From NCBI GenBank assembly GCA_009922595.1, contig RFVC01000001.1, forward strand, positions 63,947-127,946: a stretch of DNA of 64,000 nucleotides, read 5' to 3'. The notes under the pieces were generated by a model. The model saw only the letters and a program-made list of their open reading frames with translations. It did no database searches and was not told the DNA's origin. Within the stretch, counting starts at the first letter, position 1, and each line of letters begins with the position of its first letter. The stretch is from Gammaproteobacteria bacterium (GTDB lineage: Bacteria > Pseudomonadota > Gammaproteobacteria > Pseudomonadales > Pseudohongiellaceae). This document shows positions 22,044 to 33,000 of this stretch, one piece after another. The translations under genes were made by a program, and so were the position numbers.

Positions 22044-22580
22044 TCAGTCTGTTGCTTTCTGAATCAGGGTAAGTTGTGCGCCCTGCTGAACAAATTCAAT
22101 TTGCCGCAGAGCACTCATACCTAATAATACCATGCTTTCATGCATGGCCGGGTTGATGCTAGCGCGCACATCTTCAAGGGTAATGGAGCCTAGGCGCAGT
22201 TCATTAATTCTCGTGGTGTAGATATTGACGAGCCCATTCGCCGTCATCGCCTGGCTTTGGAAGCCATATTCGAGGCCGCTGGCGCGTGCAAGACCTTCCG
22301 GAATGACAACATCGGTTGCACCAGTATCCAGAATAAATTCAGCGGTGACGTTGTTAATTGATCCGGTAAGCACGTACTGACCCTGGCGGTTGCTTTGTAG
22401 GATGACTTCCTTGGCACCGAAGACATTGGTGTGTGAATCAGGATTACTGTTCGGATTCCTGTCATTCTCGAGCACACCGTCAAACATGAATGTCAGTAAT
22501 ACAATGCCCAGGACAAATCCTGCGGCTATCATGCCGTGACCTATGCGCCTGCTTTCCTGTTTTGGGTCGTTTAATTTCAT
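22044..22580 (-). CDS. membrane-anchored retropepsin-like (clan AA, TIGR02281-type) aspartic protease
   Basis: One TM helix, then FILDTGATDVVIP (the DTG active site). The start is set at ATG 22580 so that the gene does not overlap the divergent ampD. Confidence 0.7.
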   Translation of the reverse strand: MKLNDPKQESRRIGHGMIAAGFVLGIVLLTFMFDGVLENDRNPNSNPDSHTNVFGAKEVILQSNRQGQYVLTGSINNVTAEFILDTGATDVVIPEGLARASGLEYGFQSQAMTANGLVNIYTTRINELRLGSITLEDVRASINPAMHESMVLLGMSALRQIEFVQQGAQLTLIQKATD

Positions 22581-22631
22581 TACTACTTCATTTAACCTGG
22601 ACTCATTATAGACTGAAGGTATTATTGAGGC

Positions 22632-23171
22632 ATGGAAATAAAAGAACATTTGCTTGTCTCAGCTAGGCAGCTGCCTTCACCTAACCTGAGTGAAAGGCCT
22701 GAAGGGGAAGAAATAAGCTTGCTGGTGATTCACAACATTAGTTTACCGCCAGGCGAATTTGGCGGCCGCTTCATTGATGATCTTTTCTGCAACTGTCTAG
22801 ATTATTCTGCCCATCCCTTTTTTGAAGGCCTGAAAGAGCTGCGTGTTTCTTCGCATCTCCTTATCGATCGCTCAGGTGGGTTGACCCAGTATGTGCCGTT
22901 TAATTTCAGGGCCTACCATGCAGGCGAGTCATTATTTGACGGAAGAGACCAGTGCAATGATTTCTCCATCGGCATAGAGCTGGAGGGTTGTGACGATCGG
23001 CCGTTTACCGACCAGCAGTACGAGGTGCTGGCAAAAACCACTCTCATCCTGATGGAGGCCTATCCTGGTATTACCCCTGCCAGGATAATCGGGCATTCCG
23101 ATATTGCCCCTGGCCGCAAAACCGATCCGGGTCCATGCTTCGACTGGTCCCGTTATCGCAGCATGCTCTAG
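22632..23171 (+). CDS. ampD: 1,6-anhydro-N-acetylmuramyl-L-alanine amidase AmpD
   Basis: Amidase_2 motifs: VIHNISLPPG, AYHAGES and GHSDIAPGRKTDPGPCFDW. Divergent from the nadC side, as in E. coli. Confidence 0.88.
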   Translation: MEIKEHLLVSARQLPSPNLSERPEGEEISLLVIHNISLPPGEFGGRFIDDLFCNCLDYSAHPFFEGLKELRVSSHLLIDRSGGLTQYVPFNFRAYHAGESLFDGRDQCNDFSIGIELEGCDDRPFTDQQYEVLAKTTLILMEAYPGITPARIIGHSDIAPGRKTDPGPCFDWSRYRSML

Positions 23172-23275
23172 CCTCCTCTCCTCAAGGCTGCCAGTATTCT
23201 GCGTGCTTCACTACAAGCGCATCTGCCCGAAAACATTAGCCTTTTTAATCATGAGCATTCAGTCTCCACCTTTTT

Positions 23276-23290
23276 TGTAGTTTTACTACA
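23276..23290. promoter_or_regulatory. perfect palindrome TGTAGT-TTT-ACTACA, a candidate operator upstream of aceE
   Basis: Read directly from the sequence: a 6-3-6 inverted repeat about 320 nt upstream of the aceE ATG. Confidence 0.35.
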
Positions 23291-23346
23291 GAATCAATGA
23301 GTAGGATTGGCAAATCGCTGATATTTAAAGTAAAATATAAGGATAA

Positions 23347-23361
23347 TGTAAATTTACTACA
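23347..23361. promoter_or_regulatory. second copy of the operator-like site, TGTAAA-TTT-ACTACA
   Basis: Shares TTTACTACAGA exactly with the first site, which lies 71 bp upstream. The left arm differs at 2 positions. Confidence 0.3.
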
Positions 23362-23605
23362 GACTTGTTCGCCAACGCAGCATCCCCTGAGATCCAGGTG
23401 GAACAGCACAAAGTAGCTGCAACGGAGGACTTCGCCCACCCCGGGTGAGCACCCTGCACAGGCCCATCAGCCCGATCAGGTTATAAAAGTAGCGCTGCGG
23501 TCCGGCATTAACGGGCTTGCACCATCAGAGAATCAACAGAAGCTGTTTACTTTGCCAAGTACAGGTAAAGACCTGGGCAGTCTTTAAATAGATATAGAGT
23601 GTGTC

Positions 23606-26296
23606 ATGGCTGAAAAATTTACTGATATCGATCCTTTAGAAACGCAGGAATGGAAAGACTCCATTTCCTCGGTTATCAAGCACCAGGGCATGGACCGTGC
23701 CCAGTTCCTCCTCAAGAGCTTGATAGCCAAGACCACCGAATCAGGTCAGCAACTCCCCGTTGATTCCCTAACCACCCCCTACAGAAATACCATCCCTCTC
23801 GAAGAAGAAGCCAACATGCCAGGCGACATGTTCATGGAGCGCAATATCCGTGGATTGATTCGTTGGAATGCACTTGCCATGGTAATGCGTGCGAACAAGC
23901 TTGGTTATGACCTGGGCGGCCATATTTCAACCTTCTCTTCGGCAGCAACACTTTACGATGTGGGTTTTAACTATTTCTTTAGGGGCGAAACACCAGATCA
24001 TCCCGGGGATATTGTCTTATTCCAGGGGCACGCCTCGCCGGGCATTTACTCCCGTTCCTTTCTCGAAGGTCGCCTAACGGAGGAGCAGCTCGATAATTTC
24101 CGCCAGGAAGTTGATGGCAAGGGGCTTTCATCCTACCCGCATCCCAAATTAATGCCTGATTACTGGCAGTTCCCGACCGTCTCAATGGGTCTTGGCCCGC
24201 TTCAGGCCATCTACCATGCCCATGTCATGAAGTACCTAGACAACCGTGAATTGGTCAAACAGGGTGACCGACAGATCTGGGCATTCTTGGGCGACGGCGA
24301 GTGTGATGAGCCAGAAACGCTGGGGGCGATTTCTCTGGCCGCACGCGAAGGCCTGGGCAACTTGAACTTTGTCATCAACTGCAACCTGCAGCGCCTTGAT
24401 GGGCCGGTGAGGGGCAACGGCAAGATCATCCAGGAACTAGAAGGCATTTTCCGCGGCGCCGGCTGGAACGTCATCAAGGTAGTCTGGGGAAGGCACTGGG
24501 ACAGCATCTTTGCCAAGGACAAGGATGGTATTTTGCAGCAGCGCATGGACGAAGTACTCGATGGTGAATTCCAGAACTTCAGCGTAAAGGATGGCGCCTA
24601 TGTGCGTGAGCATTTCTTTGGCACTGCTCCTGAGCTGCTGAAGCTGGTAGAGCACCTTTCTGATTATGATTTGATGCAGCTTAACCGCGGTGGTCACGAC
24701 CCATTCAAGGTTTACGCTGCCTACAAGCAGGCGGTGGACTGCACGGATCGTCCCACGGTGATTCTCGCCAAGACCATCAAAGGCTACGGGTTTGGTTCGG
24801 CCCAGGGAGCTAATGCCACTCACTCCACCAAGAAGCTCAGCCTTGAGGAACTGAAAGTCTTCAGGGACCGTTTTGGCATCCCCATCCCGGACGAAAAGTT
24901 GGAAGAAATTCCTTATTACCGCCCGGCAGAGAATTCTCCAGAAATGGAGTACCTCAATCGGGTTCGCGGTAAATTAGGCGGTACATTGCCAAGCCGTCGT
25001 ATCAAAAGCCAGCCAATCAAGGCTCCTGAACTTGGTGCCTTTGAAAATCAACTCAAGGGGACTGGCGACAGGGAAATTTCAACGACCATGGCCTTCGTGC
25101 GCATGCTGACGACCCTGGTAAAAGACAAGGAAATCGGCCAGCAGATCGTGCCGATTGTGCCTGATGAGGCCCGTACTTTTGGTATGGAAGGGCTGTTCCG
25201 CCAGATTGGCATCTACTCGGCGAAAGGGCAGCTCTATGATCCTGTCGATGCAGGCCAGGTGATGTTCTATCGCGAGGACGTTAAGGGGCAGTTGCTGGAA
25301 GAAGGGATTAACGAAGCCGGTTCCATGAGTTCCTGGCTGTCAGCGGCGACGTCTTACAGCGTGCATGATTATCCGCTGATTCCTTTCTACATTTATTACT
25401 CCATGTTTGGGTTTCAGCGTGTTGGAGATTTGTGCTGGGCTGCTGGTGACCTGCAGGCCAGGGGTTTCCTGATTGGTGCCACTGCAGGGCGTACTACGCT
25501 GAACGGTGAAGGACTGCAGCACCAGGATGGTCACAGTCATATTTTTGCCTACACGATTCCAAACTGCATCTCATACGACCCAACCTATTCCTATGAACTG
25601 GCTGTCATCATCCAGGACGGTATTCGCCGCATGTATGTCGAAGACGAGTCGGTGTTCTACTACATCACCACGATGAATGAGAACTACACCCATCCTGACA
25701 TGCCAGAGGGTTGTGAAGAGGGCATTCTGAAAGGCATGTACATGCTCGAGGACGGCGACAGCAAGGAATACAAGGTCAGTGGCGGCAAGGGCAAAAAGGC
25801 AAATCGCGTGAGGTTGATGGGCAGTGGAACTATTCTCAGGGAAGTACAGGCGGCTGCCGAAATCCTGCGTAAGGATTACAAGATCGCCGTGGACGTATGG
25901 AGTGCAACCAGCATTAACGAACTGGCCCGTGACGGCCTTGATGTGGATCGCTGGAACATGATGCACCCCGAAGAGAGGCCAAGAGTTTCCTACGTTGAAC
26001 AGTGTCTTGGCGAAAGAGATGGTCCCGTAATTGCAGCTACTGACTACATGAAACTTTATTCAGACCAGATCCGGGCTTTCGTTCCAGGCCCTTATAAAGT
26101 GCTCGGTACTGACGGCTTTGGCCGTAGTGACAGCCGGAAAAAACTTCGCCACTTTTTTGAGGTAAACAGGCACTATGTCGTTGTCGCTGCCCTTAACGAA
26201 CTGGCCAGGGCTGGAACTATCGAAGCGAAAATCGTAAGTGAAGCCATCAAGAAATTCAAACTGGACCCGGAAAAGCTAAATCCTCTTATTGCGTAA
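23606..26296 (+). CDS. aceE: pyruvate dehydrogenase E1 component (homodimeric type)
   Basis: 896 aa, colinear with E. coli AceE (FQGHASPGIYSR, LGDGECDEPE, NCNLQRLDGPVRGNGKII, YYSMFGFQRVGDLCWAAGD). Confidence 0.97.
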   Translation: MAEKFTDIDPLETQEWKDSISSVIKHQGMDRAQFLLKSLIAKTTESGQQLPVDSLTTPYRNTIPLEEEANMPGDMFMERNIRGLIRWNALAMVMRANKLGYDLGGHISTFSSAATLYDVGFNYFFRGETPDHPGDIVLFQGHASPGIYSRSFLEGRLTEEQLDNFRQEVDGKGLSSYPHPKLMPDYWQFPTVSMGLGPLQAIYHAHVMKYLDNRELVKQGDRQIWAFLGDGECDEPETLGAISLAAREGLGNLNFVINCNLQRLDGPVRGNGKIIQELEGIFRGAGWNVIKVVWGRHWDSIFAKDKDGILQQRMDEVLDGEFQNFSVKDGAYVREHFFGTAPELLKLVEHLSDYDLMQLNRGGHDPFKVYAAYKQAVDCTDRPTVILAKTIKGYGFGSAQGANATHSTKKLSLEELKVFRDRFGIPIPDEKLEEIPYYRPAENSPEMEYLNRVRGKLGGTLPSRRIKSQPIKAPELGAFENQLKGTGDREISTTMAFVRMLTTLVKDKEIGQQIVPIVPDEARTFGMEGLFRQIGIYSAKGQLYDPVDAGQVMFYREDVKGQLLEEGINEAGSMSSWLSAATSYSVHDYPLIPFYIYYSMFGFQRVGDLCWAAGDLQARGFLIGATAGRTTLNGEGLQHQDGHSHIFAYTIPNCISYDPTYSYELAVIIQDGIRRMYVEDESVFYYITTMNENYTHPDMPEGCEEGILKGMYMLEDGDSKEYKVSGGKGKKANRVRLMGSGTILREVQAAAEILRKDYKIAVDVWSATSINELARDGLDVDRWNMMHPEERPRVSYVEQCLGERDGPVIAATDYMKLYSDQIRAFVPGPYKVLGTDGFGRSDSRKKLRHFFEVNRHYVVVAALNELARAGTIEAKIVSEAIKKFKLDPEKLNPLIA

Positions 26297-26358
26297 GCGA
26301 AGGCTAAAAGCAGGGCTGAGAGTTATCCAGAAAGAAAAGAGATTCCAGGAGTTAAATC

Positions 26359-28299
26359 GTGTCACTCAAGAAAATACAGGTTCCAGACATTGGAGATGAG
26401 CAGGAAGTCGAGGTCATTGAAATCCTGGTCGTCCCCGGTGATGAGGTCGGTGAAAACGACTCTTTAATTGTGCTGGAAAGTGACAAGGCGGCCATGGAAA
26501 TTCCATCGCCGACGGCCGGTGTGGTCAAAGAAATACTCGTCAAGGTTGGCGACCAGGTGTCCCAGGGCAGCCAAATCGTCAGTCTTGAAACATCCGCTGA
26601 CAGCGAACCAGCTCCAGAGCCCGAGACAGCGTCTACAGCTAAAGAGGAGCCGATAGCAGCCAAAGCAACTTCTGCGCCAGCAGCCTCCAGCGTTATGGAA
26701 GTGAAGGTTCCCGACCTTGGTGGCGACTCCGATGTGGAAGTTATTGAAATCCTCGTTGCTGAGGGTAACGACATAACGGAGGAAGACGGCCTGGTAACGT
26801 TGGAATCCGATAAGGCCGCGATGGACGTGCCATCGCCTGCTTCGGGCAAAGTGAAATCGATCAGTCTTAAAGTGGGTGACAAGGTTAACGAAGGCTCACT
26901 GATTCTTGAACTGGAAACGATAGCGGTAGTTGAAGATCCGGCAGCCCGGGAAGCCCCTGCGCCAGAGCCGCAGGCTGCAGTTAAACCTGAGCCGGCCGTA
27001 GAAGCACCTGCTGTCACCGGCGAGTCGATACTCATGGAAGTCAAGGTACCGGATCTTGGTGAAGACAGCGATGTCGACGTTATCGAAATTCTCGTTGCGG
27101 TTGGCGATGAGGTAAAAAAGGAAGATGGTCTCATCACGCTTGAAACCGATAAAGCGGCTATGGACGTACCCTCGCCTGCTGACGGTGTGGTTAAATCTGT
27201 CACTCTGAAGGTTGGCGACAAGGTCAGCGAAGGTTCAGCCATTCTTGAGTTGGAAACGACCGCGGCAGCACCCGCACCAGCCGCTGCGCAGGCTGAGAAA
27301 CCGGCCTCTGCCTCCGTACCCAAACCTGCGGCAGCGCCAGACCCGACTAATGCCCCTGCAGCGCAATCGGCCGCAGCCAGTGTGAATAATGAAACAGTTT
27401 ATGCCGGCCCTGCTGTGCGCAAGATGGCCAGGGAGCTGGGCGTTGATCTGTCCAAGGTGCCTGGTTCAGGTTCCAGAGGAAGAATCGTCAAGGAAGATGT
27501 GGATGTCTATGTCAAGAGCATCATGCAGGGGGGTGACGCTTTAGCCACATCATTGGGCGGTGCTGGCCTGCCGGCAATCGAGGATATCGATTTTAGCCAA
27601 TTTGGAGAGATCGAGGAAATCGAGATGTCCAAGCTGCACCAGGTGACTGCTCGCAATATGACGCGCAACTGGCTGAATGTTCCGCATGTCACCCAGTTTG
27701 ATGAAGCAGACGTCACCGAGCTTGAAGCATTCCGCCAGGAGCAGAAAGCTATGGCTGAAAAGAAAGGCATCAAGCTCACGCCGCTGCCGTTCATTGTCAA
27801 AGCCTGTGCCCGCGCACTGAGCGAATACCGGCAGTTCAATGTTTCACTGCACTCTTCAGGAACGAAGCTGATTCAGAAGAAATATGTGCATATCGGGGTG
27901 GCCGTGGCCACACCTGCCGGACTCATGGTGCCAGTGGTGGAGGATGCCGATCGCAAAACTATCTGGGAAATCGCTGCAGAGATTGCTGAGCTCGGCGCCA
28001 AGGCTAAAGACAGGAAGCTGACCAAGGATGAAATGACAGGATCGTGTTTCACCGTGTCCAGTCTCGGCAATATTGGTGGCACCGGTTTTACGCCGATTGT
28101 GAATGCGCCCGAAGTGGCAATTCTTGGTGTCTCCAGAACAACCGTGAAACCTGTTTACATTGATAACGAATTTGTACCAAGAACTATGCTGCCGTTTGCA
28201 CTCTCGTACGATCATCGTGCCGTAAATGGTGTTGATGGTGGACTGTTCTGTACCTACCTCGGTTCATTGCTGAGCGATATCCGCCTCCTGGCCCTCTAG
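26359..28299 (+). CDS. aceF: dihydrolipoyllysine-residue acetyltransferase (PDH E2) with three lipoyl domains
   Basis: GTG start with CAGGAG 7 nt upstream. Contains three LESDKAAM/LETDKAAM lipoyl-lysine motifs, Ala/Pro linkers, an E3-binding domain and the catalytic SYDHRAVNG. Confidence 0.96.
   Translation: MSLKKIQVPDIGDEQEVEVIEILVVPGDEVGENDSLIVLESDKAAMEIPSPTAGVVKEILVKVGDQVSQGSQIVSLETSADSEPAPEPETASTAKEEPIAAKATSAPAASSVMEVKVPDLGGDSDVEVIEILVAEGNDITEEDGLVTLESDKAAMDVPSPASGKVKSISLKVGDKVNEGSLILELETIAVVEDPAAREAPAPEPQAAVKPEPAVEAPAVTGESILMEVKVPDLGEDSDVDVIEILVAVGDEVKKEDGLITLETDKAAMDVPSPADGVVKSVTLKVGDKVSEGSAILELETTAAAPAPAAAQAEKPASASVPKPAAAPDPTNAPAAQSAAASVNNETVYAGPAVRKMARELGVDLSKVPGSGSRGRIVKEDVDVYVKSIMQGGDALATSLGGAGLPAIEDIDFSQFGEIEEIEMSKLHQVTARNMTRNWLNVPHVTQFDEADVTELEAFRQEQKAMAEKKGIKLTPLPFIVKACARALSEYRQFNVSLHSSGTKLIQKKYVHIGVAVATPAGLMVPVVEDADRKTIWEIAAEIAELGAKAKDRKLTKDEMTGSCFTVSSLGNIGGTGFTPIVNAPEVAILGVSRTTVKPVYIDNEFVPRTMLPFALSYDHRAVNGVDGGLFCTYLGSLLSDIRLLAL
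26380..27255 (+). repeat. three tandem 70-codon lipoyl-domain coding repeats (26380-26589, 26707-26916, 27046-27255)
   Basis: The translated units VPD[IL]G...ILE[LS]E align position by position with high identity. Confidence 0.85.
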
Positions 28300-28309
28300 G
28301 ACCCAATGT

Positions 28310-28792
28310 ATGCCTTCCTTTGATATCGTCTCTGAAGTCGACATGCATGAAATGACCAATGCCGTGGACCAGGCGTCGCGCGAAATTGGCAACCGTTTTG
28401 ATTTCAAGGGCGTGGATGCTTCCTTTAGCCTGAATGACAACGTGATGACCCTCACCGCTGAAGTGGAATTCCAGATTAACCAGATGCTAGATGTGCTGCA
28501 GAACAAGATGGTCAAACGCGGTGTTGATATAAGCAGCCTTAAAACGGCAGATGTCGAAATGGTTGGACGGAAGGCTAGCATGCACGCCACAGTTCAGCAG
28601 GGCATTGAATCAGAAACAGCGCGCAAGATAGTCAAGAAGGTCAAAGAACAAAAAATGAAGGTGCAGGTGGCCATACAAGGCGACAAATTGCGCGTTACCG
28701 GCAAGAAGAGGGATGATCTTCAAGCTGTGATTGCTGTTCTCAAGGATGAAAACTATGGACTGCCTTTGCAGTACAACAACTTCAGGGATTAA
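28310..28792 (+). CDS. yajQ: YajQ family (UPF0234) nucleotide / cyclic-di-GMP-binding protein
   Basis: MPSFDIVSEVD...RFDFKG...LQYNNFRD is colinear with E. coli YajQ. Confidence 0.9.
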   Translation: MPSFDIVSEVDMHEMTNAVDQASREIGNRFDFKGVDASFSLNDNVMTLTAEVEFQINQMLDVLQNKMVKRGVDISSLKTADVEMVGRKASMHATVQQGIESETARKIVKKVKEQKMKVQVAIQGDKLRVTGKKRDDLQAVIAVLKDENYGLPLQYNNFRD

Positions 28793-28910
28793 TTTCCCGT
28801 TAATTTTTATCTTTTAATCACTGTGTATTAACCCAGAATCGGCTCGCTTTGGGCCTGTAATACTGTGATAATTTACGCCGCCCACGGAGGGGTCTAGGGA
28901 AACTTTCCAG

Positions 28911-30017
28911 ATGAACACGAACAGCCGTAAATCAATTCTCATTGCAGTTGGTGTGACGATTACTGTCACGCTGTGGATGCTTAGCGGCCTGGGAAGCAGT
29001 CCGGTTGAATTCAGCGGCGAGAACCAGCTCAATGTGAGCGACGGCAAACCGATGCGCGTTCGTGTCGAGCAGGTTCGTTCTTCCGAGGTTACCCGAGAAA
29101 TCACTCTTAGTGCCAGGACTGAACCTAACAGGGTGGTCAGCCTGCGCGCTGAAACCGATGGTGCAGTCGTTAACATTGCTGTAGACCGCGGCAATCCCGT
29201 TGAAGAAAACGCCCCAATCATTGAGCTAGACATGCGCGATCGTAGTTCGCGTCTTACAGAGGCCACTTCACTGATTGCCCAGCGGGAGCTTGAGCTTGAA
29301 GCAAGACAGAATCTTCGTGACCGTGAATTTGCCTCCAGGGTTGAAATCGCCGAAGCCAATGCCAGGCTTGAGAGCGCCAGGGCAGCCAAGGCAAGAATTG
29401 AACTGGAGATAGATAACACCACCATCGATGCGCCTTTTAATGGGATAGTCCAGGAGCGCGGTGTTGAAATCGGTGACTATGTTCGAGCGGGCGACGCCGT
29501 TGTTGAAGTAGTGGATATTGATCCATTAATCATTGCCGGCGAGATTAATGGCAAGGAAGTCAGTGAACTCTTTGTCGGTGGTCGCGGTTCAGCGGTCCTG
29601 GTGAATGGCACCCGCATCAACGGAGTGATTCGCTACCTGGCGCCTGTTGCCGACTCAAACACACGCACCTTCCGCGTTGAACTGGAAGTCCCGAATCCCA
29701 ATGGTATCCGCGCCGGACTGACTGCTGAATTACTGCTGGATGGCTCGCGTATTCGGGCGCATGAGATCTCGCCGTCGCTGCTGACCCTGGCCGATGACGG
29801 CGCCGTTGGTGTCAAAACGGTAAACAGCAGCAACCGTGTCGATTTTCACCCCATAGAAATCGCCGGTTCATCTGATAACGGCATCCTGGTCACAGGCCTG
29901 CCTGACGAGGTCACGGTTATCACCGTGGGCCAGGGGTTTGTGAATGTTGAACAGCAGGTTGAGCCTGTTAACTACAATGTACTGAGCGAAAGCACTGCCT
30001 TTGAACGCGCTAATTAA
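28911..30017 (+). CDS. RND efflux periplasmic adaptor (membrane fusion protein)
   Basis: N-terminal anchor, an alpha-hairpin coiled coil (RLTEATSLIAQRELELEARQNL), IDAPFNGIV, and beta-barrel/MP domains. It overlaps the pump gene. Confidence 0.85.
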   Translation: MNTNSRKSILIAVGVTITVTLWMLSGLGSSPVEFSGENQLNVSDGKPMRVRVEQVRSSEVTREITLSARTEPNRVVSLRAETDGAVVNIAVDRGNPVEENAPIIELDMRDRSSRLTEATSLIAQRELELEARQNLRDREFASRVEIAEANARLESARAAKARIELEIDNTTIDAPFNGIVQERGVEIGDYVRAGDAVVEVVDIDPLIIAGEINGKEVSELFVGGRGSAVLVNGTRINGVIRYLAPVADSNTRTFRVELEVPNPNGIRAGLTAELLLDGSRIRAHEISPSLLTLADDGAVGVKTVNSSNRVDFHPIEIAGSSDNGILVTGLPDEVTVITVGQGFVNVEQQVEPVNYNVLSESTAFERAN

Positions 30018-33000
30018 TGCATTTATAAGCCGTCCAAGACCAGTCATCATGATTCTGGTCCTGCTTATTCTCGCGGGAGTCACCAGTTATGTCTCCGTGC
30101 CGAAGGAAGCAGAGCCGGATATCGATATCCCCCAGATTTACGTCAACATTATTCATGAAGGGATATCTCCTGAAGATGCAGAGCGGCTGCTGCTGCGTCC
30201 GATGGAAACCGAGTTACGTTCAATTGAGGGACTGAAAGAAATTCGCGCCACCGGTTCCGAAGGCTCAGGTGTGCTCATTCTTGAATTTGACGCTGGTTTT
30301 GATGCCGATCAGGCGCTTACTGATGTCAGGGAAAAAGTAGACCTGGCCCGAAACGAACTGCCGGCAGATTCAGAGGAGCCTTTTGTCCAGGAAATTAATA
30401 CCTCCCTGTTTCCGGTGCTTACAGTAATGCTGCATGGCGATGTGCCGGAAAGGGCGTTAGTTACCATAGGCAGGCAGCTGCGCGATGAGCTAGAGGCCAT
30501 TCCAGGAGTGCTGTCCGCAGATATTGGTGGCGACCGTGAAGAACTTCTAGAAGTCATCGTCGATCCCGTTGCACTGGAAAGCTACAATCTTAACTATGCA
30601 GACCTGATCAGCTACGTCAGCCGCAACAACAGGCTGGTGGCAGCTGGGGCGCTGGACAGCGGTGAAGGACGTTTTGCCGTCAAGGTGCCTGGCGTAATTG
30701 AGGATCTGCAGGATCTGCTGACCCTGCCCGTTAAAACAGACGGCCTGAAGACCGTGGCCTTTGAAGATGTCGCGACAGTTCGCCGGACCTTCAAGGACCC
30801 AACCAGTTTTGCCCGCCTCAATGGCGCAAACTCCATCGCGCTTGAAATTACCAAGCGAGCCGGTGCCAATATTCTGGAAGTTGTGGATGCCGTGAAGGCG
30901 ACGGTTACTGCCGCCTCCCAGCTTGATGAATGGCCGAAAAATCTGCAGGTCACATTCACCTCGGATAATTCCGAGCAGGTCCGAATCATGCTCAACGACC
31001 TGGTGAACAACGTGGCCACGGCCGTCATCCTTGTGATGATTGTCATCCTGGGGGCGCTGGGTTCGCGGTCAGCCGGTCTGGTTGGTGTGGCTATCCCTGG
31101 GGCATTCCTCTCGGGCATCCTCGTAATTTATCTGATGGGTTATAGCATGAATATCGTTGTACTCTTCTCGCTGATTATGGCGGTCGGCATGCTAGTTGAC
31201 GGCGCCATCGTGGTAGTGGAGCTGGCCGAACGAAACATGAAAAACGGCTACAGTCCTAAGCTGGCCTTCAGTGAGGCAGCCAAGCGCATGGCCTGGCCGA
31301 TTACTGCCTCAACAGCTACCACGCTGGCAGTATTCATGCCGCTGTTGTTCTGGCCAGGATTGATCGGCTCATTCATGAAATACCTGCCTATTACACTGCT
31401 GGTGACATTGTCTGCATCATTATTCATGGCTCTGCTGTTTGTCCCGACGGTTGGCTCTCTGATTAGGAATAAAGCTGAAAAACCTGGGCTTGCAGGTGTG
31501 GATACGATCACCGAAGTCGACGTCTTGGAAGAGGGCAGGCAGAACCTTCAGCAGATGGATAAATTTACAGCTACTTATATTAGTTTTGTTCGCCGTGTGC
31601 TGCATATGCCAATGGCGGTCCTTGGGGTAGCCTTTGCTTTTCTTATTGGCTCCTTTGTCCTTTACAGCCAGTTTGGCCGAGGTGTTGAATTCTTCACTGA
31701 CGTGGAACCCGAATTTGCCGTGCTCAACATTCATTCACGCGGCGATCTTTCCGTCTACGAGCGTGACGATCTGGTTCGCGAAGTGGAAAACCGTATCCTC
31801 GACATGGAGGAGTTTGAGTCTATTTACACACGCAGCGGAATCGCGCTCGGCAATGATATCGAAGAGGATATTATCGGCCGTATCCAGCTCAGCCTAGTAG
31901 ACTGGGAGCTGCGCCGCCCCGCTGCGCAGATCATGGAGGATGTGCGCCAGCGCACAGCTGACATCCCAGGCATAGTGGTTGAGCCGCAGGTTCAGGAATC
32001 TGGTATTACCTCCGGAAAACCGATACAGCTCGAATTAACTGCCCTAAATACGGATTTGCTGCCAGGTGCCGTAGACCAGTTACGTGAGGGTATGAGTGAG
32101 CTGGGCGACTTTGTAGACGTTACCGACTCCAGGCCGCTGCCCGGTATTGACTGGAAAATGGAAGTGGATCGGCAGGAAGCTGCCCGCTTTGGCACTGACA
32201 TCACCACCATTGGCAGTGCGGTACAGTTGATCACCAACGGCATCATGCTGGGCGATTACCGTCCAGATGATGCAGATGACGAAGTGGATATTCGCGTTCG
32301 TTTTCCCGAAACTATGCGCAATATCGGCATGCTGGATCGCCTCACCGTCAATTCCCTTATGGGCAACGTCCCGGTCAGCAACTTCATGACACGTCAGGCT
32401 TCACCGCGCGTAGGCAATATCCAGCGTACAGATGGCAGGCGAGTTCTGAACATAGCCGCTGACGTACCTGAAGATGTTCTCCCGGATGACAAGGTGCAGG
32501 AGCTGGAAGCCTGGCTGGAGCAGGGAAATCTTGATCCTAACGTCCGGGTTAACTTCAAGGGTGAGAACGAAGATCAGCGTGAAGCCGAACAGTTTCTTAG
32601 CCAGGCCTTCGGAGTGGCATTATTCCTGATGGCCATCATCCTGGTGACCCAGTTCAACAGTTTTTACCAGGCGCTCCTGATCCTCTCAGCCGTTTTCTTT
32701 TCCACGATTGGTGTACTGCTTGGTCTGCTTATTACCGGACAGCCGTTCAGTATTGTTATGTCGGGTATCGGGGTGATATCCCTCGCCGGAATCGTTGTGA
32801 ACAACAACATAGTGTTAATTGACACCTATAACCTGATCAAGAAAAAGGGAGCGGAAGCGATTGAGGCGGCCGTTCTGACCTGTTCTCAGCGTCTGCGCCC
32901 TGTGCTTCTGACCACCATCACGACCATACTTGGGCTGTTGCCAATGACCCTGGGTATGAACTTCGATCTGATCAATCGCCACATCCAGATCGGCGGTCCC

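Noticed and set aside
23245-23439. 64-codon minus-strand ORF in the aceE leader
   Set aside because: It has no SD and odd composition, and it spans the two operator-like palindromes, so a regulatory reading fits better.
26352-27323. 323-codon minus-strand ORF antisense to aceF
   Set aside because: It mirrors the three lipoyl-domain repeats and Ala/Pro linkers of aceF, and its periodic S/T/A/G-rich sequence is an artefact of those repeats.
28814-29425. 203-codon minus-strand ORF antisense to the RND adaptor gene; similar shadows lie at 30612-31118 and 43707-44240
   Set aside because: These have no SD, give low-complexity products and overlap confidently assigned genes.
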